From assembly GCA_963717935.1 (NCBI GenBank), contig CAVQXP010000002.1, positions 96,001 to 160,000 on the forward strand: 64,000 bases of DNA, written 5' to 3'. Of this stretch, positions 10,782 to 20,186 are shown piece by piece (the first letter of the stretch is position 1; every line of letters begins with the position of its first letter). The DNA comes from Candidatus Eiseniibacteriota bacterium (GTDB lineage Bacteria; Eisenbacteria; RBG-16-71-46). Both the position numbers and the translations under genes were made by a program. The notes beneath the pieces are model-generated. The model saw nothing but the letters and a program-made list of their open reading frames with translations. It was not told the origin of the DNA and made no database searches.

Positions 10782-12482
10782 ATGACTCGGACGACACCCG
10801 AAGCCCCCGCCTGCGCCCGCAACGGACTGATGCGATGGGCCCTGCGGGCCGCGCTGCTGATTGCGATGATCCTCGCGCCTCGCCTCGCCGCATCCTGCAC
10901 CAACATCCTGGTCACCCGGGGCGCATCGGTCGACGGGGCGACGCTGATCAGCTACTCCGCCGACTCGCACACGTTCTACGGCGAGCTGGTCCTCATCCCC
11001 GGAGGGACGTTCGGGCCGGAGGCGACCCGCGAGATCATCGAGTGGGACACGGGCAAGTCCCTCGGTCGCATCCCGCAGGTTCCGCGCACCTACTGGGTCG
11101 TCGGTAACATGAACGAGAAGCAGGTGGCCATCGGCGAGACCACCTTCGGCGGCCGGGACTCGCTGAAGGGCCCCGCGGGCATCCTCGACTACGGCTCGCT
11201 GATGTTCATCGCCCTGGAGCGCGCGGGCACCGCCCGTGAGGCGATCCGGGTGATCACGGGGCTGGTGGCCGAGCACGGTTACGCCTCCACGGGCGAGTCG
11301 ATCTCGATCTCCGATCCCAACGAGGCCTGGATCCTGGAGATGATCGGCAAGGGCGCCGGGGCCACGGGCGCGGTGTGGGTCGCGCGCCGCGTGCCCGACG
11401 GCTACATCTCCGCCCACGCCAACCAGCCGCGGATCCGGCAGTTCCCGCTCAAGGACCCGGCCAGCTGCCTCTACGCGCCCGACGTGATCTCCTTCGCCCG
11501 GGAGAAGGGGTGGTTCAGCGGCCGGGACGAGGAGTTCTCCTTTGCCGACACCTACGCCCCGCTCCTGGGCGGCAAGCTGCGCAGCTGCGAGGCCCGGGTC
11601 TGGAGCGTGTTCCGCCGCGCCGCTCCGTCGCTGGGCCTGACCGCGGACTACGTGGATGGCAGCACCCTGCAGAAGCGCTTGCCGCTCTGGATCAGGCCCG
11701 ACCGCAAGCTCTCGGTCCAGGACGTCACGGCGCTCATGCGCGATCACTACGAGGGCACGGCGTTCGACATGACCCGGGACCTCGGCGGCGGGCCCTTCGC
11801 CAGTCCGTACCGCTGGCGGCCGATGGCCTGGGAGGTGGACAGCGTGAAGTACCTGCACGAGCGCGCCATTTCCACGCAGCAGACCGGGTTCTCGTTCATC
11901 GCCCAGTCGCGCGCCGGGCTGCCGGATCCGATCGGTGGGGTGCTGTGGTTCGGCGTGGACGACACCTACATGACGGTCTACGTCCCCTTCTACTGCGGGA
12001 TCACCCGCGCGCCGAAGAGCTGGGCCGCCGGCACGGCCGACTTCGGCTCGTTCTCGCGGGAGTCGGCGTTCTGGGTCTTCAACTTCGTGTCGAACTGGGC
12101 CTACACGCGCTACTGCGACATGATCGTGGACCTCCAGGGCGTGCAGCGCGAGCTGGAGGGCCGGTTCTTCGCCGACCAGCCGGGAATCGACCAGGCGGCG
12201 CTCAAGCTTCACGAGCAGGCCCCGCAACTCGCCCGCGACTACCTGACCGACCATTGCGAGCGGCAGGGCGAGATGGTCACCGACCGCTGGCGGAAGCTCG
12301 GGGACTTCCTGCTCTGGAAGTACCTGGACGGCAACGTGCGCGATGGCCAGGGCAAGGTGACGCACCCGCCGTACCCGGAGTCGTGGTACCGCACCATCGT
12401 GCGCGACGCCGGGGACCGGGTGAAGGTGCTGAGCCCGGACGCGAGCCCGAAGCCGGTCCCGGCGATCATCACGGGTCGCTGA
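10782..12482 (+). CDS. Peptidase family C69 (dipeptidase, Ntn hydrolase), secreted
   Basis: Signal peptide followed by CTNILVT nucleophile, NMNEKQVAIGETTFGG, HANQPRI, ERAISTQQT. Confidence 0.9.
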   Translation: MTRTTPEAPACARNGLMRWALRAALLIAMILAPRLAASCTNILVTRGASVDGATLISYSADSHTFYGELVLIPGGTFGPEATREIIEWDTGKSLGRIPQVPRTYWVVGNMNEKQVAIGETTFGGRDSLKGPAGILDYGSLMFIALERAGTAREAIRVITGLVAEHGYASTGESISISDPNEAWILEMIGKGAGATGAVWVARRVPDGYISAHANQPRIRQFPLKDPASCLYAPDVISFAREKGWFSGRDEEFSFADTYAPLLGGKLRSCEARVWSVFRRAAPSLGLTADYVDGSTLQKRLPLWIRPDRKLSVQDVTALMRDHYEGTAFDMTRDLGGGPFASPYRWRPMAWEVDSVKYLHERAISTQQTGFSFIAQSRAGLPDPIGGVLWFGVDDTYMTVYVPFYCGITRAPKSWAAGTADFGSFSRESAFWVFNFVSNWAYTRYCDMIVDLQGVQRELEGRFFADQPGIDQAALKLHEQAPQLARDYLTDHCERQGEMVTDRWRKLGDFLLWKYLDGNVRDGQGKVTHPPYPESWYRTIVRDAGDRVKVLSPDASPKPVPAIITGR

Positions 12483-12513
12483 GGCGCCGCTTCAGCGCGG
12501 AGCCCCCCGCCCT

Positions 12514-13833
12514 CTACCCACCGTATTTCCTCACCCCCGGCGGGGGCTCCTCGCCGCGGATCTTGGGCGCGTAGGTCGAGTCGGGGGCGAGGGGGGCAGC
12601 GCCCGGCGCCCGCCAGCTGGTCTCGAAGATGGCGCGCGCGTCGCGGGCGATCGCGCGGTTCATCATGGTCACCGCGAGGTTGCGGCTGGCGTGGAAGTAG
12701 TCGGGCGACCAGTTGCTCGTCCCCACCCAGGTCCAGAGCGTGTCCACGACCACGTACTTGCAGTGCTCGACGCGCCCGAAGGGGATATAGCCGCCGCTCC
12801 ACTCGGGCACCGTGGACAGCCTGACCTCGATGCCGGGCACGCGCGTGAGCGCCTGCAGCGCCTGGAGCCCGGAGGAGCCGGTCTCCCAGTCCGAGAGGAT
12901 GAGCCGCACCTTCGCCCCGCGGGCGGCGGCGCGCCGCAGGGCCTGGTCGAGCGACTCGTCGCGCAGGCGCCGGTCTCCGAGCGAGTAGGAGAGGAGCTGG
13001 AGCACGACCTCGTGGCGCGCGCGGTCGAGCGTGCGCACGATCAGGTCGCGGTCCCAGAGAGTGGTGTCGGGGATGAAGCGCCGCGGGCTCCACGAGGGCC
13101 AGAGCAGCACGGTGTCGCCGGGCGCCTGCACGATGCGGTAGGGCAGCGTGCCGCGCGCGTGCGGGACCTGCGCGGCGCGCGCCACGCGGGTGGTGTCCGG
13201 GGCCTGGCCCACCGGCGTCCCCATCGCCCAGTCCAGCTCGAAGACCCGCTGGAAATCGGCCGTCACGCGCCGGTCGCGGATGCGCACACCCAGCTCGTGG
13301 ATGTGCTTGAGCGCGCGCCAGTCGAAGTTCTGGCTGCCGAGGAAGGCGGTCTCGCCGTCCACCAGGAAGAACTTCGAGTGCTGTACGCCGCCCGCGATGC
13401 GCCGGTAGTCCACGAGCCGCACCGCGAAGCCGGGCACCTTCGCGAGCGAGTCGGCGGTGCGGGGGTAGGTGCGGTACATCGCGGCGTCGAGGAGCAGCCG
13501 CACCTTGACACCGCGTTTCGCCGCCGCGCCGAGCGCGTCGATCACGTCGTCCATGGGCTCGTGCGGCCAGGTCGAGAGGTAGAACTGCTCGATGTCGAGG
13601 GTCTTCTGCGCGCCCTCGAAGAGCTTCATCCAGGTGCCGAGCGCCGAAGGGAGCGCTGGATTGCCGAGCGCGTACTCGATGGGCCGCGTCTCGACGAGCT
13701 GGATGGGAGGCGCGGCGGATCTGGCGACCGTGACGGGCAGGCCGGCCGCGAGGCCGCCGGCGAGCAGCAGGGCGAGGAACGCGCCCGCGCGCCGGCGGGC
13801 GGGACTCGGAGCGGTGGGGCTCGGGGGCTTCAT
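12514..13833 (-). CDS. Secreted phospholipase D-superfamily protein (two HKD motifs)
   Basis: HSKFFLVD..GSQN and HCKYVVVD..GTSN; signal peptide. Confidence 0.9.
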   Translation of the reverse strand: MKPPSPTAPSPARRRAGAFLALLLAGGLAAGLPVTVARSAAPPIQLVETRPIEYALGNPALPSALGTWMKLFEGAQKTLDIEQFYLSTWPHEPMDDVIDALGAAAKRGVKVRLLLDAAMYRTYPRTADSLAKVPGFAVRLVDYRRIAGGVQHSKFFLVDGETAFLGSQNFDWRALKHIHELGVRIRDRRVTADFQRVFELDWAMGTPVGQAPDTTRVARAAQVPHARGTLPYRIVQAPGDTVLLWPSWSPRRFIPDTTLWDRDLIVRTLDRARHEVVLQLLSYSLGDRRLRDESLDQALRRAAARGAKVRLILSDWETGSSGLQALQALTRVPGIEVRLSTVPEWSGGYIPFGRVEHCKYVVVDTLWTWVGTSNWSPDYFHASRNLAVTMMNRAIARDARAIFETSWRAPGAAPLAPDSTYAPKIRGEEPPPGVRKYGG

Positions 13834-13870
13834 GGGGCGATCCTCCCGGAGATGAGGGATGGGTGGGGCT

Positions 13871-14866
13871 TCACCAGCGCAGCGCGGCGGCGCCCCAGGC
13901 GAAGCCGCTACCGAAGGCGGCGAGCACGACCAGGTCGCCGGGGCCGACCAGGCCCAGGTCGCGCGCCTCGGCGAGCGCGATGGGGATGCTCGCGGCGGTG
14001 GTGTTGCCGCAGCGCTGGATGTTCTGGAACACCCTCTGCGGCGGCACGCCGAGCCGCTCGGCGACGGTGTCGCCGATGCGCTGGTTGGCCTGGTGCGGCA
14101 CGATGAGCTTCACCTCGTCGAGCGTGTGCCCGCACTTGCCGAGCACCTCGTGGATGACCTCGGGGAAGCGCGTGGTGGCGTGCTTGAAGACCTGGCGGCC
14201 GTTCATCTGCGGGTACTGCCGGCCCTGGGCGACCATCTCCTGCGTGATCCGCCCCTGCACCAGCGAGGTGGGCGCCTCGCACATCAGGTCCTTCGCGTGC
14301 GCGCCGTCGGAGTGCAGCACCCAGGCGAGCACCCCACGTCCGTCGTCCCCGCCGGGCTCGACCACCATGGCGCCCGCGCCGTCGCCGAAGAGCACGGCCA
14401 TGTCGCGGCCCCGGGTCGTGAAGTCCAGCCCGGTGCTCAGTACCTCGGCGCCCACCACCAGCACGCAGCGGTACTGTCCGGCGCGCACGACCGCGTCGGC
14501 CATGGCGAGCCCGTAGATGAACCCCGAGCAGGCGTTGTGGACGTCCAGCGCCCCCGCGTGGGGGACTCCCAGGCGCTCCTGCAGGAGGGAGCCGCAGCCG
14601 GGGAAGGCGTATTCCCGCGTGATGGTCGCGAACACGATGAAGTCCACGTCCGCGGGGCTCCGTCCAGCGTCGGCCAGCGCCTTGCGCGCGGCCTCGGCGG
14701 CCAGGTCGGCGGTGCCGGTGCCGGGTTCGGCGAAGCGGCGCTCGCGGATGCCCGTGCGCTCGATGATCCAGGCGTCGGTCGTGTCCATGAGCTTCTCGAG
14801 CTCGGCGTTGGTGACCACGCGCTCGGGCAGGTGCAGGCCGAGGCCGGTGATGCGCGAACGGGACAT
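13871..14866 (-). CDS. fabH: 3-oxoacyl-ACP synthase III
   Basis: ACSGF (Cys), PHQAN (His), GNTTAAS (Asn), LFGDGAGA, terminal AFGSGFAWGA. Confidence 0.93.
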   Translation of the reverse strand: MSRSRITGLGLHLPERVVTNAELEKLMDTTDAWIIERTGIRERRFAEPGTGTADLAAEAARKALADAGRSPADVDFIVFATITREYAFPGCGSLLQERLGVPHAGALDVHNACSGFIYGLAMADAVVRAGQYRCVLVVGAEVLSTGLDFTTRGRDMAVLFGDGAGAMVVEPGGDDGRGVLAWVLHSDGAHAKDLMCEAPTSLVQGRITQEMVAQGRQYPQMNGRQVFKHATTRFPEVIHEVLGKCGHTLDEVKLIVPHQANQRIGDTVAERLGVPPQRVFQNIQRCGNTTAASIPIALAEARDLGLVGPGDLVVLAAFGSGFAWGAAALRW

Positions 14867-14892
14867 GGACCCTCCTGGGGACGGCGCCGGGC

Positions 14893-15684
14893 TCAGCGCC
14901 CGCCGAGGAGCCGGACGTAGGCCCCGAGCCAGCCCTGGCCCCACAGGAACACGATCATCGCCGCCGGGGCGAGCAGCGTGCCGAAGGGCAGCTCGCTCTT
15001 CATGCCGCCGCGACCGCGCAGCATCAGCGCCAGCCCCCACAGGCTGCCGGCGAGCGAGGCCGCGAACATCGTCAGCAGCGTGAGCTGCCAGCCCAGCACC
15101 ACGCCGAACATGGCGGCGAGCTTGACGTCACCGCCGCCCATGCCCTCGATCTTGCGGAAGACGATCCACGCCCAGCCCAGCAGCCAGAGGACCCCGCTGC
15201 CCGTGACCAGGCCCAGCAGCGCGTGGTGCGCGCCGGGGCCGAAGCCGAACAGGAGCAGCGCCGCCGCCAGGCCGAGCAGCACGCCGGGGAAGGTGAGCAC
15301 GTCGGGCAGCTCCTTGAAGTCGAGGTCGATCCAGAGCAGGGCGACGAGCAGGAAGCCCCAGAGGGCGAGCGGCAGGCAGGCCCAGACGAGGCCCACCTGG
15401 GTGAAGAGCAGCACCGCCCACGCGCCGCACAGGATCTCGGTGAGCGGGTAGCGCCAGGAGATGGGCGCCTGGCAGTGGCGGCAGCGGCCCCGCGCGAAGA
15501 CGAACGAGAACAGGGGCACCAGGTCTGCGGGCCCCAGTGCGGCCCCGCACGCGGGGCAGGCCGAGCGCCCGCGCGCCCAGGAGACCTTCCTGGGCACGCG
15601 CCAGGCGATGGCGGTGACCGCGCTGCCCATGACCAGGCCGAGGACGGCGAACCCGGCGCCGATGAAGAAGCCGGGGCTCAGCAC
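14893..15684 (-). CDS. pilD: Prepilin peptidase (A24)
   Basis: SACPAC / RCRHC zinc motifs, IDLD, GMGGGDVKL, LPFGTLL. Confidence 0.93.
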   Translation of the reverse strand: MLSPGFFIGAGFAVLGLVMGSAVTAIAWRVPRKVSWARGRSACPACGAALGPADLVPLFSFVFARGRCRHCQAPISWRYPLTEILCGAWAVLLFTQVGLVWACLPLALWGFLLVALLWIDLDFKELPDVLTFPGVLLGLAAALLLFGFGPGAHHALLGLVTGSGVLWLLGWAWIVFRKIEGMGGGDVKLAAMFGVVLGWQLTLLTMFAASLAGSLWGLALMLRGRGGMKSELPFGTLLAPAAMIVFLWGQGWLGAYVRLLGGR

Positions 15685-15777
15685 GACGGATGACCGGGGT
15701 TGTGGGCCGCGGCGCGGTCTGGGACAATCAAGACGAGACGCGGATACCGCGCGAGCCCGTCACCGTGAGCGGGGATC

Positions 15778-16098
15778 ATGCGCATCATCCTCTTCCTGGC
15801 CCTCCTGGCCAACAGCCTCGACCTGGTCGCGACCACCCTTGGGATCCACTGGCTCGGGAATCGCGAGGGCAACCCCCTGCTCGCCTCCCTGGCCCACGAT
15901 CACTGGCTGCTCTTCGTGCTGGTGAAAGGGTTCATGGTGCCGCTGCTGATCGTCCGCCTTTACGCCCTCCGCGCCGGTTCTCCGGTGATCGCCCCCGCCG
16001 GCATGGTCGTGGTGCTGGTGGCGCTGACCCTGGCGGTGGGCCAGTGGCTGGGTTGGATCGCCGGCGTGATCCACGTCGCCACGCTCGCGCGTCTGTAG
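15778..16098 (+). CDS. Small membrane protein, DUF5658-like
   Basis: NSLDLVAT...EGNPLL pattern, three hydrophobic segments. Confidence 0.7.
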   Translation: MRIILFLALLANSLDLVATTLGIHWLGNREGNPLLASLAHDHWLLFVLVKGFMVPLLIVRLYALRAGSPVIAPAGMVVVLVALTLAVGQWLGWIAGVIHVATLARL

Positions 16099-16113
16099 GC
16101 CCCCTTCACTCGC

Positions 16114-16157
16114 GGCCCGGGGGCGCGGACCCGCATCAGGTCCGCCGCCCCCGGGCC
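16114..16157. terminator. GC-rich hairpin between convergent genes
   Basis: GGCCCGGGGGCGCGGACC ... GGTCCGCCGCCCCCGGGCC inverted repeat. Confidence 0.55.
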
Positions 16158-16177
16158 TTCGCTTCTGCGCCGGGCCG

Positions 16178-17473
16178 CTACTGCTGTTCGGGCATGATGT
16201 GCGGCGTCACCTCGATCACCAGGTCGCGCTTCGCGATCGAGGTGCTGCGGTGCTGGAACAGGAACCCCAGCAGCGGGATGTCGCCGAGCAGGGGCACCTT
16301 GGTGATGTCGGTGGTCTTCTCCTCGCTCAGCAGGCCGCCGATGATGACCGAGTTGCCGTCCTTGAGCCGCACGGTGGTCGATGCCTGGCGCGTGGCGATC
16401 ACGGGCAGGTCGTTGTTGGTCCCCTTGTAGCCCACCACCGAGGAGACCTCGGGCGTGATCTGCGTGGTGATGTAGCCGTCGGCGTTGATCAGCGGCGTGA
16501 TGCGCAGCTTGATGCCGACCTCCTCCTTCTCGACGCGCTGGACCGGCGCGGCTCCCCCGCCCGCGAACACGGTCCCGGTCACGACGAAGGGGATGCGCGA
16601 GCCGATCAGGATCGATGCCTCGCGCCCGTTCAGCGTGGCGATCTTGGGGCTGGCGAGCACGCGCGCCTTGCCCTCGTGGATCAGCAGATCGATGGCCGTC
16701 TGCCAGGCCAGAGCCTGCCGGGTCATCGGGCGCGAGGACCACAGGCTCTTGTAGCCGCCCGTCGAGCTGTAGAAGGGCAGCGAATCGGGCACCGCGCCCT
16801 GCTTGGCCGAGCCGGAGCCGCCCTCGACGATGACGAAGCCCTGGCTGTTGAGCTTGTCCCAGTCGATCCCGAGCTTCATCACGTCGCCGGTCGAGACCTC
16901 GAGGATGCGCGCCTCGAGCACCACCTGCCTCGCGGGCACGTCCATGACGTGCACGATCTCCTCGATCTGCGAGATCACGCGCGGGCTCGTCACCACGATC
17001 AACCGGTTGCCGCTCCTGTCCACCTGGATGTCGCCGGCGATGCTCTTGAGCGCCTCCTTGACGTCGGCGGCGTCGGCGTACTTGAGCTCCACGACGTAGG
17101 AGGAGAGCCCGGTCTCCTCCTTGAGGGCGCGCGCATCGGCCACCAGGATGGAGTTGCCGATGCGCTCGTAGGCCAGACCGGCGGCGCGCACGACCATGTT
17201 CACGGCCTGGTCGAGCGGCACGTCCTTCATGTGGATCGTGAGCCGTCCGGAGGTTGTGGCCCCGACGCCGGTGATGATGTTGAGGTCACCCTTCTCGGCG
17301 AGGATCTTGAGCACGCTCGCCAGCGGAGCGTCCTCGGCGTCCAGGGTGATGAGCCGGACCGCGGCGGGAGCAGGGGCGGGCGTTGCGCAGAGCGCGGGCC
17401 GGGCCAGGACGGAGAGGAGCCCCAGCCCCAGGGCCAGGGATGCGTTGCGGGAGGCGCGGAGGAAGCCGTTCAC
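16178..17473 (-). CDS. pilQ: Secretin (PilQ/GspD family), short form
   Basis: N0/STN-like domain, QVVLEARILEV, ASPKIATLNG, KVPLLGDIPLLGFLF. Confidence 0.92.
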   Translation of the reverse strand: MNGFLRASRNASLALGLGLLSVLARPALCATPAPAPAAVRLITLDAEDAPLASVLKILAEKGDLNIITGVGATTSGRLTIHMKDVPLDQAVNMVVRAAGLAYERIGNSILVADARALKEETGLSSYVVELKYADAADVKEALKSIAGDIQVDRSGNRLIVVTSPRVISQIEEIVHVMDVPARQVVLEARILEVSTGDVMKLGIDWDKLNSQGFVIVEGGSGSAKQGAVPDSLPFYSSTGGYKSLWSSRPMTRQALAWQTAIDLLIHEGKARVLASPKIATLNGREASILIGSRIPFVVTGTVFAGGGAAPVQRVEKEEVGIKLRITPLINADGYITTQITPEVSSVVGYKGTNNDLPVIATRQASTTVRLKDGNSVIIGGLLSEEKTTDITKVPLLGDIPLLGFLFQHRSTSIAKRDLVIEVTPHIMPEQQ

Positions 17474-17475
17474 GC

Positions 17476-17961
17476 CTAGTCTCCTTTCTTGGGGAGCCGC
17501 AGCACGAGGGTCTCGTCCCCGCGCGCGAGAGTCACCTGGTTCCGGGTGATGCTCTGGACCCGGAATTCGTCGAACAGCGTGTTCGTCTGCACCGGATAGT
17601 CACGGCCGTTCCAGCGCAGCGTCGCGCTCGGATTGCTCTCCAGCCAGACGATGGAGGTGAGCACCGGCTGCGCGCGTGCGACCGGCGTGGCCGGCCGCGT
17701 CGCCGCCGGCCTGCGCGTCAGCAGGGGGGCGTGCGCGCGGCCGAAGGCGAAGGGGTCGCGCGCCGTGGCCGTGGTGTCGCCCGCGGCCGGAGCGAGCAGG
17801 CCCTCGATCCGCGCATAGGGGCTGACCGTCGGCGCGGCGGTGGTGTGGCGCTGGCGCCAGACCCCCCCGGCGCGCAGCGCGCCCAGCGTCTGCTGGACGA
17901 TCAGCACGAGGATCAGGGCCGCGACCAGCGGGCCGAGCAGACGCGCCAGGTCGAATCTCAT
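17476..17961 (-). CDS. PilP-like alignment protein
   Basis: N-terminal TM helix, RDPF motif, position between pilO-like and secretin genes. Confidence 0.65.
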   Translation of the reverse strand: MRFDLARLLGPLVAALILVLIVQQTLGALRAGGVWRQRHTTAAPTVSPYARIEGLLAPAAGDTTATARDPFAFGRAHAPLLTRRPAATRPATPVARAQPVLTSIVWLESNPSATLRWNGRDYPVQTNTLFDEFRVQSITRNQVTLARGDETLVLRLPKKGD

Positions 17962-18518
17962 CGGGCGCTCCGCGTGCGCTTGAGGATGAGCTGGCTCATC
18001 CAGACCTCGATGTCCTGACCATCGCCCGCGCCGGCCTGCAGGACGAAGCGGTCCAGCGCGACGAGGCTCCCCGAGCGCGAGAGTTCGCCGAGCAGGTCCA
18101 CGAAGGCGGCGTAGCGGCCGCGCAGCTTCAGGTGCGCGCGCACCTGGACGCTGGAGGGCAACTGCGTCACCAGGCCCTGCTCGGTGGCGACGACCTCGAG
18201 GCCGCACTTCGCCACGAGTCGCGTCACCTCGTCGAGCAGGGCCGCGGTGAGGGCGCCCGAGGTGCCCTGCTCCTCGGCGACCGCGGTGTTGAGCGAGTTG
18301 CCGGCGAGCAGGGCCGCGGCCCGCGGCGAGGCGGCCGGGCGTGCGCCGGTGGCGGCGAGCGGCATGCCCAGCTCGGCCGCCTGCCGCACGTCCCTGCGGT
18401 AGCGCGCCAGCAGGGGCTGGAAGGCGGCCGCGTGCGCGGCGGCGAACCCCAGGAAGACGAGCAGGGCGGCGATGACCTGCCAGTTCCTGCGGGCGAGGTT
18501 CGTCCAGTAGGGGTTCAT
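17958..18518 (-). CDS. PilO-like protein
   Basis: N-terminal TM, LRGRYAAFVDLLGEL pattern, operon position. Confidence 0.7.
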   Translation of the reverse strand: MNPYWTNLARRNWQVIAALLVFLGFAAAHAAAFQPLLARYRRDVRQAAELGMPLAATGARPAASPRAAALLAGNSLNTAVAEEQGTSGALTAALLDEVTRLVAKCGLEVVATEQGLVTQLPSSVQVRAHLKLRGRYAAFVDLLGELSRSGSLVALDRFVLQAGAGDGQDIEVWMSQLILKRTRSAR

Positions 18519-19099
18519 CAGCGGCACTCGATGCGGAACTCGGCCGGGGCATCCGCGCCACCGCCGATGCGGGACTCCACCAGCCGGATGGTGCGGTACT
18601 GCGCGGCGAACAGCGAGTCGGAATGCAGGGCGGCGACCAGGGCCATGATGCCCTGCATGCGGTCCTGCCCGGGCGCGGGCCGCAGCTTCCCGGTGAGGAG
18701 CAGCCGTTCCTGGTTGGCGGTGCCGGAGAGGTTGTCCGGGTTCGCGGTCACCGAGGTCAGCATCGCATCGCCGGGCAGCACCGCGGCAAGCCGCGCGAGC
18801 CGGATCTGCCAGCGGCGGGGGCTGGCGAGCGCGCGCTCGATCTGCGCGAGTTCCGCCGGTCCCGGCTGCCAGGCGGCGGTCGGATCGTGGTGGTTCTGCG
18901 CGCGTGCGTTCTGGGCCTCGAGCAGGCGCGCGCGCTGGGTGAGCGAGGCGCAGTTGAGGCCGTAGAGCCCCAGCACGACGGCGAGCGCGCCGAAATAGGC
19001 CACCCAGGTGCCCACGGCCACCGTGCGCCGGCGCGTGCGCGTCCTCTCCATCTGGTAGGCCTCGCGCCGGAAGTTGACGGTGAAGACGGGGTCCATCAC
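18518..19099 (-). CDS. PilN-like protein
   Basis: N-terminal VNF motif, TM helix, LPGDAMLTSV pattern, follows pilM. Confidence 0.72.
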   Translation of the reverse strand: MMDPVFTVNFRREAYQMERTRTRRRTVAVGTWVAYFGALAVVLGLYGLNCASLTQRARLLEAQNARAQNHHDPTAAWQPGPAELAQIERALASPRRWQIRLARLAAVLPGDAMLTSVTANPDNLSGTANQERLLLTGKLRPAPGQDRMQGIMALVAALHSDSLFAAQYRTIRLVESRIGGGADAPAEFRIECR

Positions 19100-20148
19100 G
19101 ATTTCCTCAGCGCGAGGCCGGAGGCCTGGGCGAACTGCGGCCCACCCTCGACGCGCGCGCGCGCGGCCCCGCCCAGGTCGGCGAACGGGTCGAAGACCGA
19201 GACCGGGAATTCCAGCAGGCTGCCGAGCTGCTCGGCGATGCCGGGCAGGCGCGCCGTGCCGCCCGAGATCTGCAGCCGCAGCGGGTCGGGCAGGCGCCCC
19301 AGCGTGCGGTAGAAGGCGAGCGAGCGGCGCACCTCGTCCACCAGTTTGCCCTCGAGCGCCGCGTGCGCCGCGCGCAGCTCACGGCCCGCCCAGTCCACGC
19401 GGAAGCCCGGTTCGCCCGAGCCCGCGGCCAGCTTCCACTCCTCGGCCTCCTCGAACGGGACCTGGAGCGCGACGGCGATGGCCTGCGTCAGGTGGTGGCC
19501 GCCGAAGTCGAGCCGGCGGGAGAAGTAGGGCTCGCCGCGCTGGAAGAACGCCAGGTGCGAGGCGGCGTGCCCGATGTCGAGCAGCAGCCGTGGCCCGCGG
19601 TCGCCTCCGGACGCGCGCACCACCGCGTTGGTCAGAGCGAGCGGCGCGGCATCCACGATGTCGGCGACCAGGTCCAGCCGCGCGAGCGGCGCGAGGTGGC
19701 GATCGAGGTGCTCGCGTGAGACCGCGGCGATCAGCACGTCCACCCGGCGCTCGGAGGGGTACCGCCCCAGCACCTGGTAGTCGATGACCATGGCCTGCGG
19801 GTCGAAGGGCAGGTGCTTGCGCGCCTCGAAGCGCAGGGCCTGGCCGACCTCGACCTCGTCCATGAGCGGCAGCTGGATCTGCTTGACGATGACATCGGAG
19901 CCCGAGATGCCCACGGTGATGCCGCGCACGGAGCGCAGCGAGACGCCGGCGCGCGCGGCGCAGGCCGAGATGGCCTGGGCGACCGCCTCGGGCGTGGGGG
20001 CGCCGTCGGCCGCGGCCGTGACGGGGTAGGCGGCTTCGGCGGCCAGCACTCGCACCGTGCCCATGCCCGGCTGCAGGGCGAAGAGCTTGACGCTGAAGCC
20101 TCCGAGGTCGAGTCCGACCCACGGCCGGGACACCAGACTGGCTCTCAT
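19096..20148 (-). CDS. pilM: Type IV pilus assembly protein PilM
   Basis: GLDLGGFSVK, EARKHLPF, LLDIG, ISGGTARLPG actin-like motifs. Confidence 0.92.
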   Translation of the reverse strand: MRASLVSRPWVGLDLGGFSVKLFALQPGMGTVRVLAAEAAYPVTAAADGAPTPEAVAQAISACAARAGVSLRSVRGITVGISGSDVIVKQIQLPLMDEVEVGQALRFEARKHLPFDPQAMVIDYQVLGRYPSERRVDVLIAAVSREHLDRHLAPLARLDLVADIVDAAPLALTNAVVRASGGDRGPRLLLDIGHAASHLAFFQRGEPYFSRRLDFGGHHLTQAIAVALQVPFEEAEEWKLAAGSGEPGFRVDWAGRELRAAHAALEGKLVDEVRRSLAFYRTLGRLPDPLRLQISGGTARLPGIAEQLGSLLEFPVSVFDPFADLGGAARARVEGGPQFAQASGLALRKS

Positions 20149-20156
20149 GGGCGCAA

Positions 20157-20186
20157 GTTATAGGCTACCGGTCGCTTGCGTGCCAA
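20157..20186 (-). promoter_or_regulatory. Candidate sigma70-type internal promoter for pilM (near-leaderless)
   Basis: TTGGCA-N18-TATAAC ending 8 nt before the pilM ATG. Confidence 0.5.
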
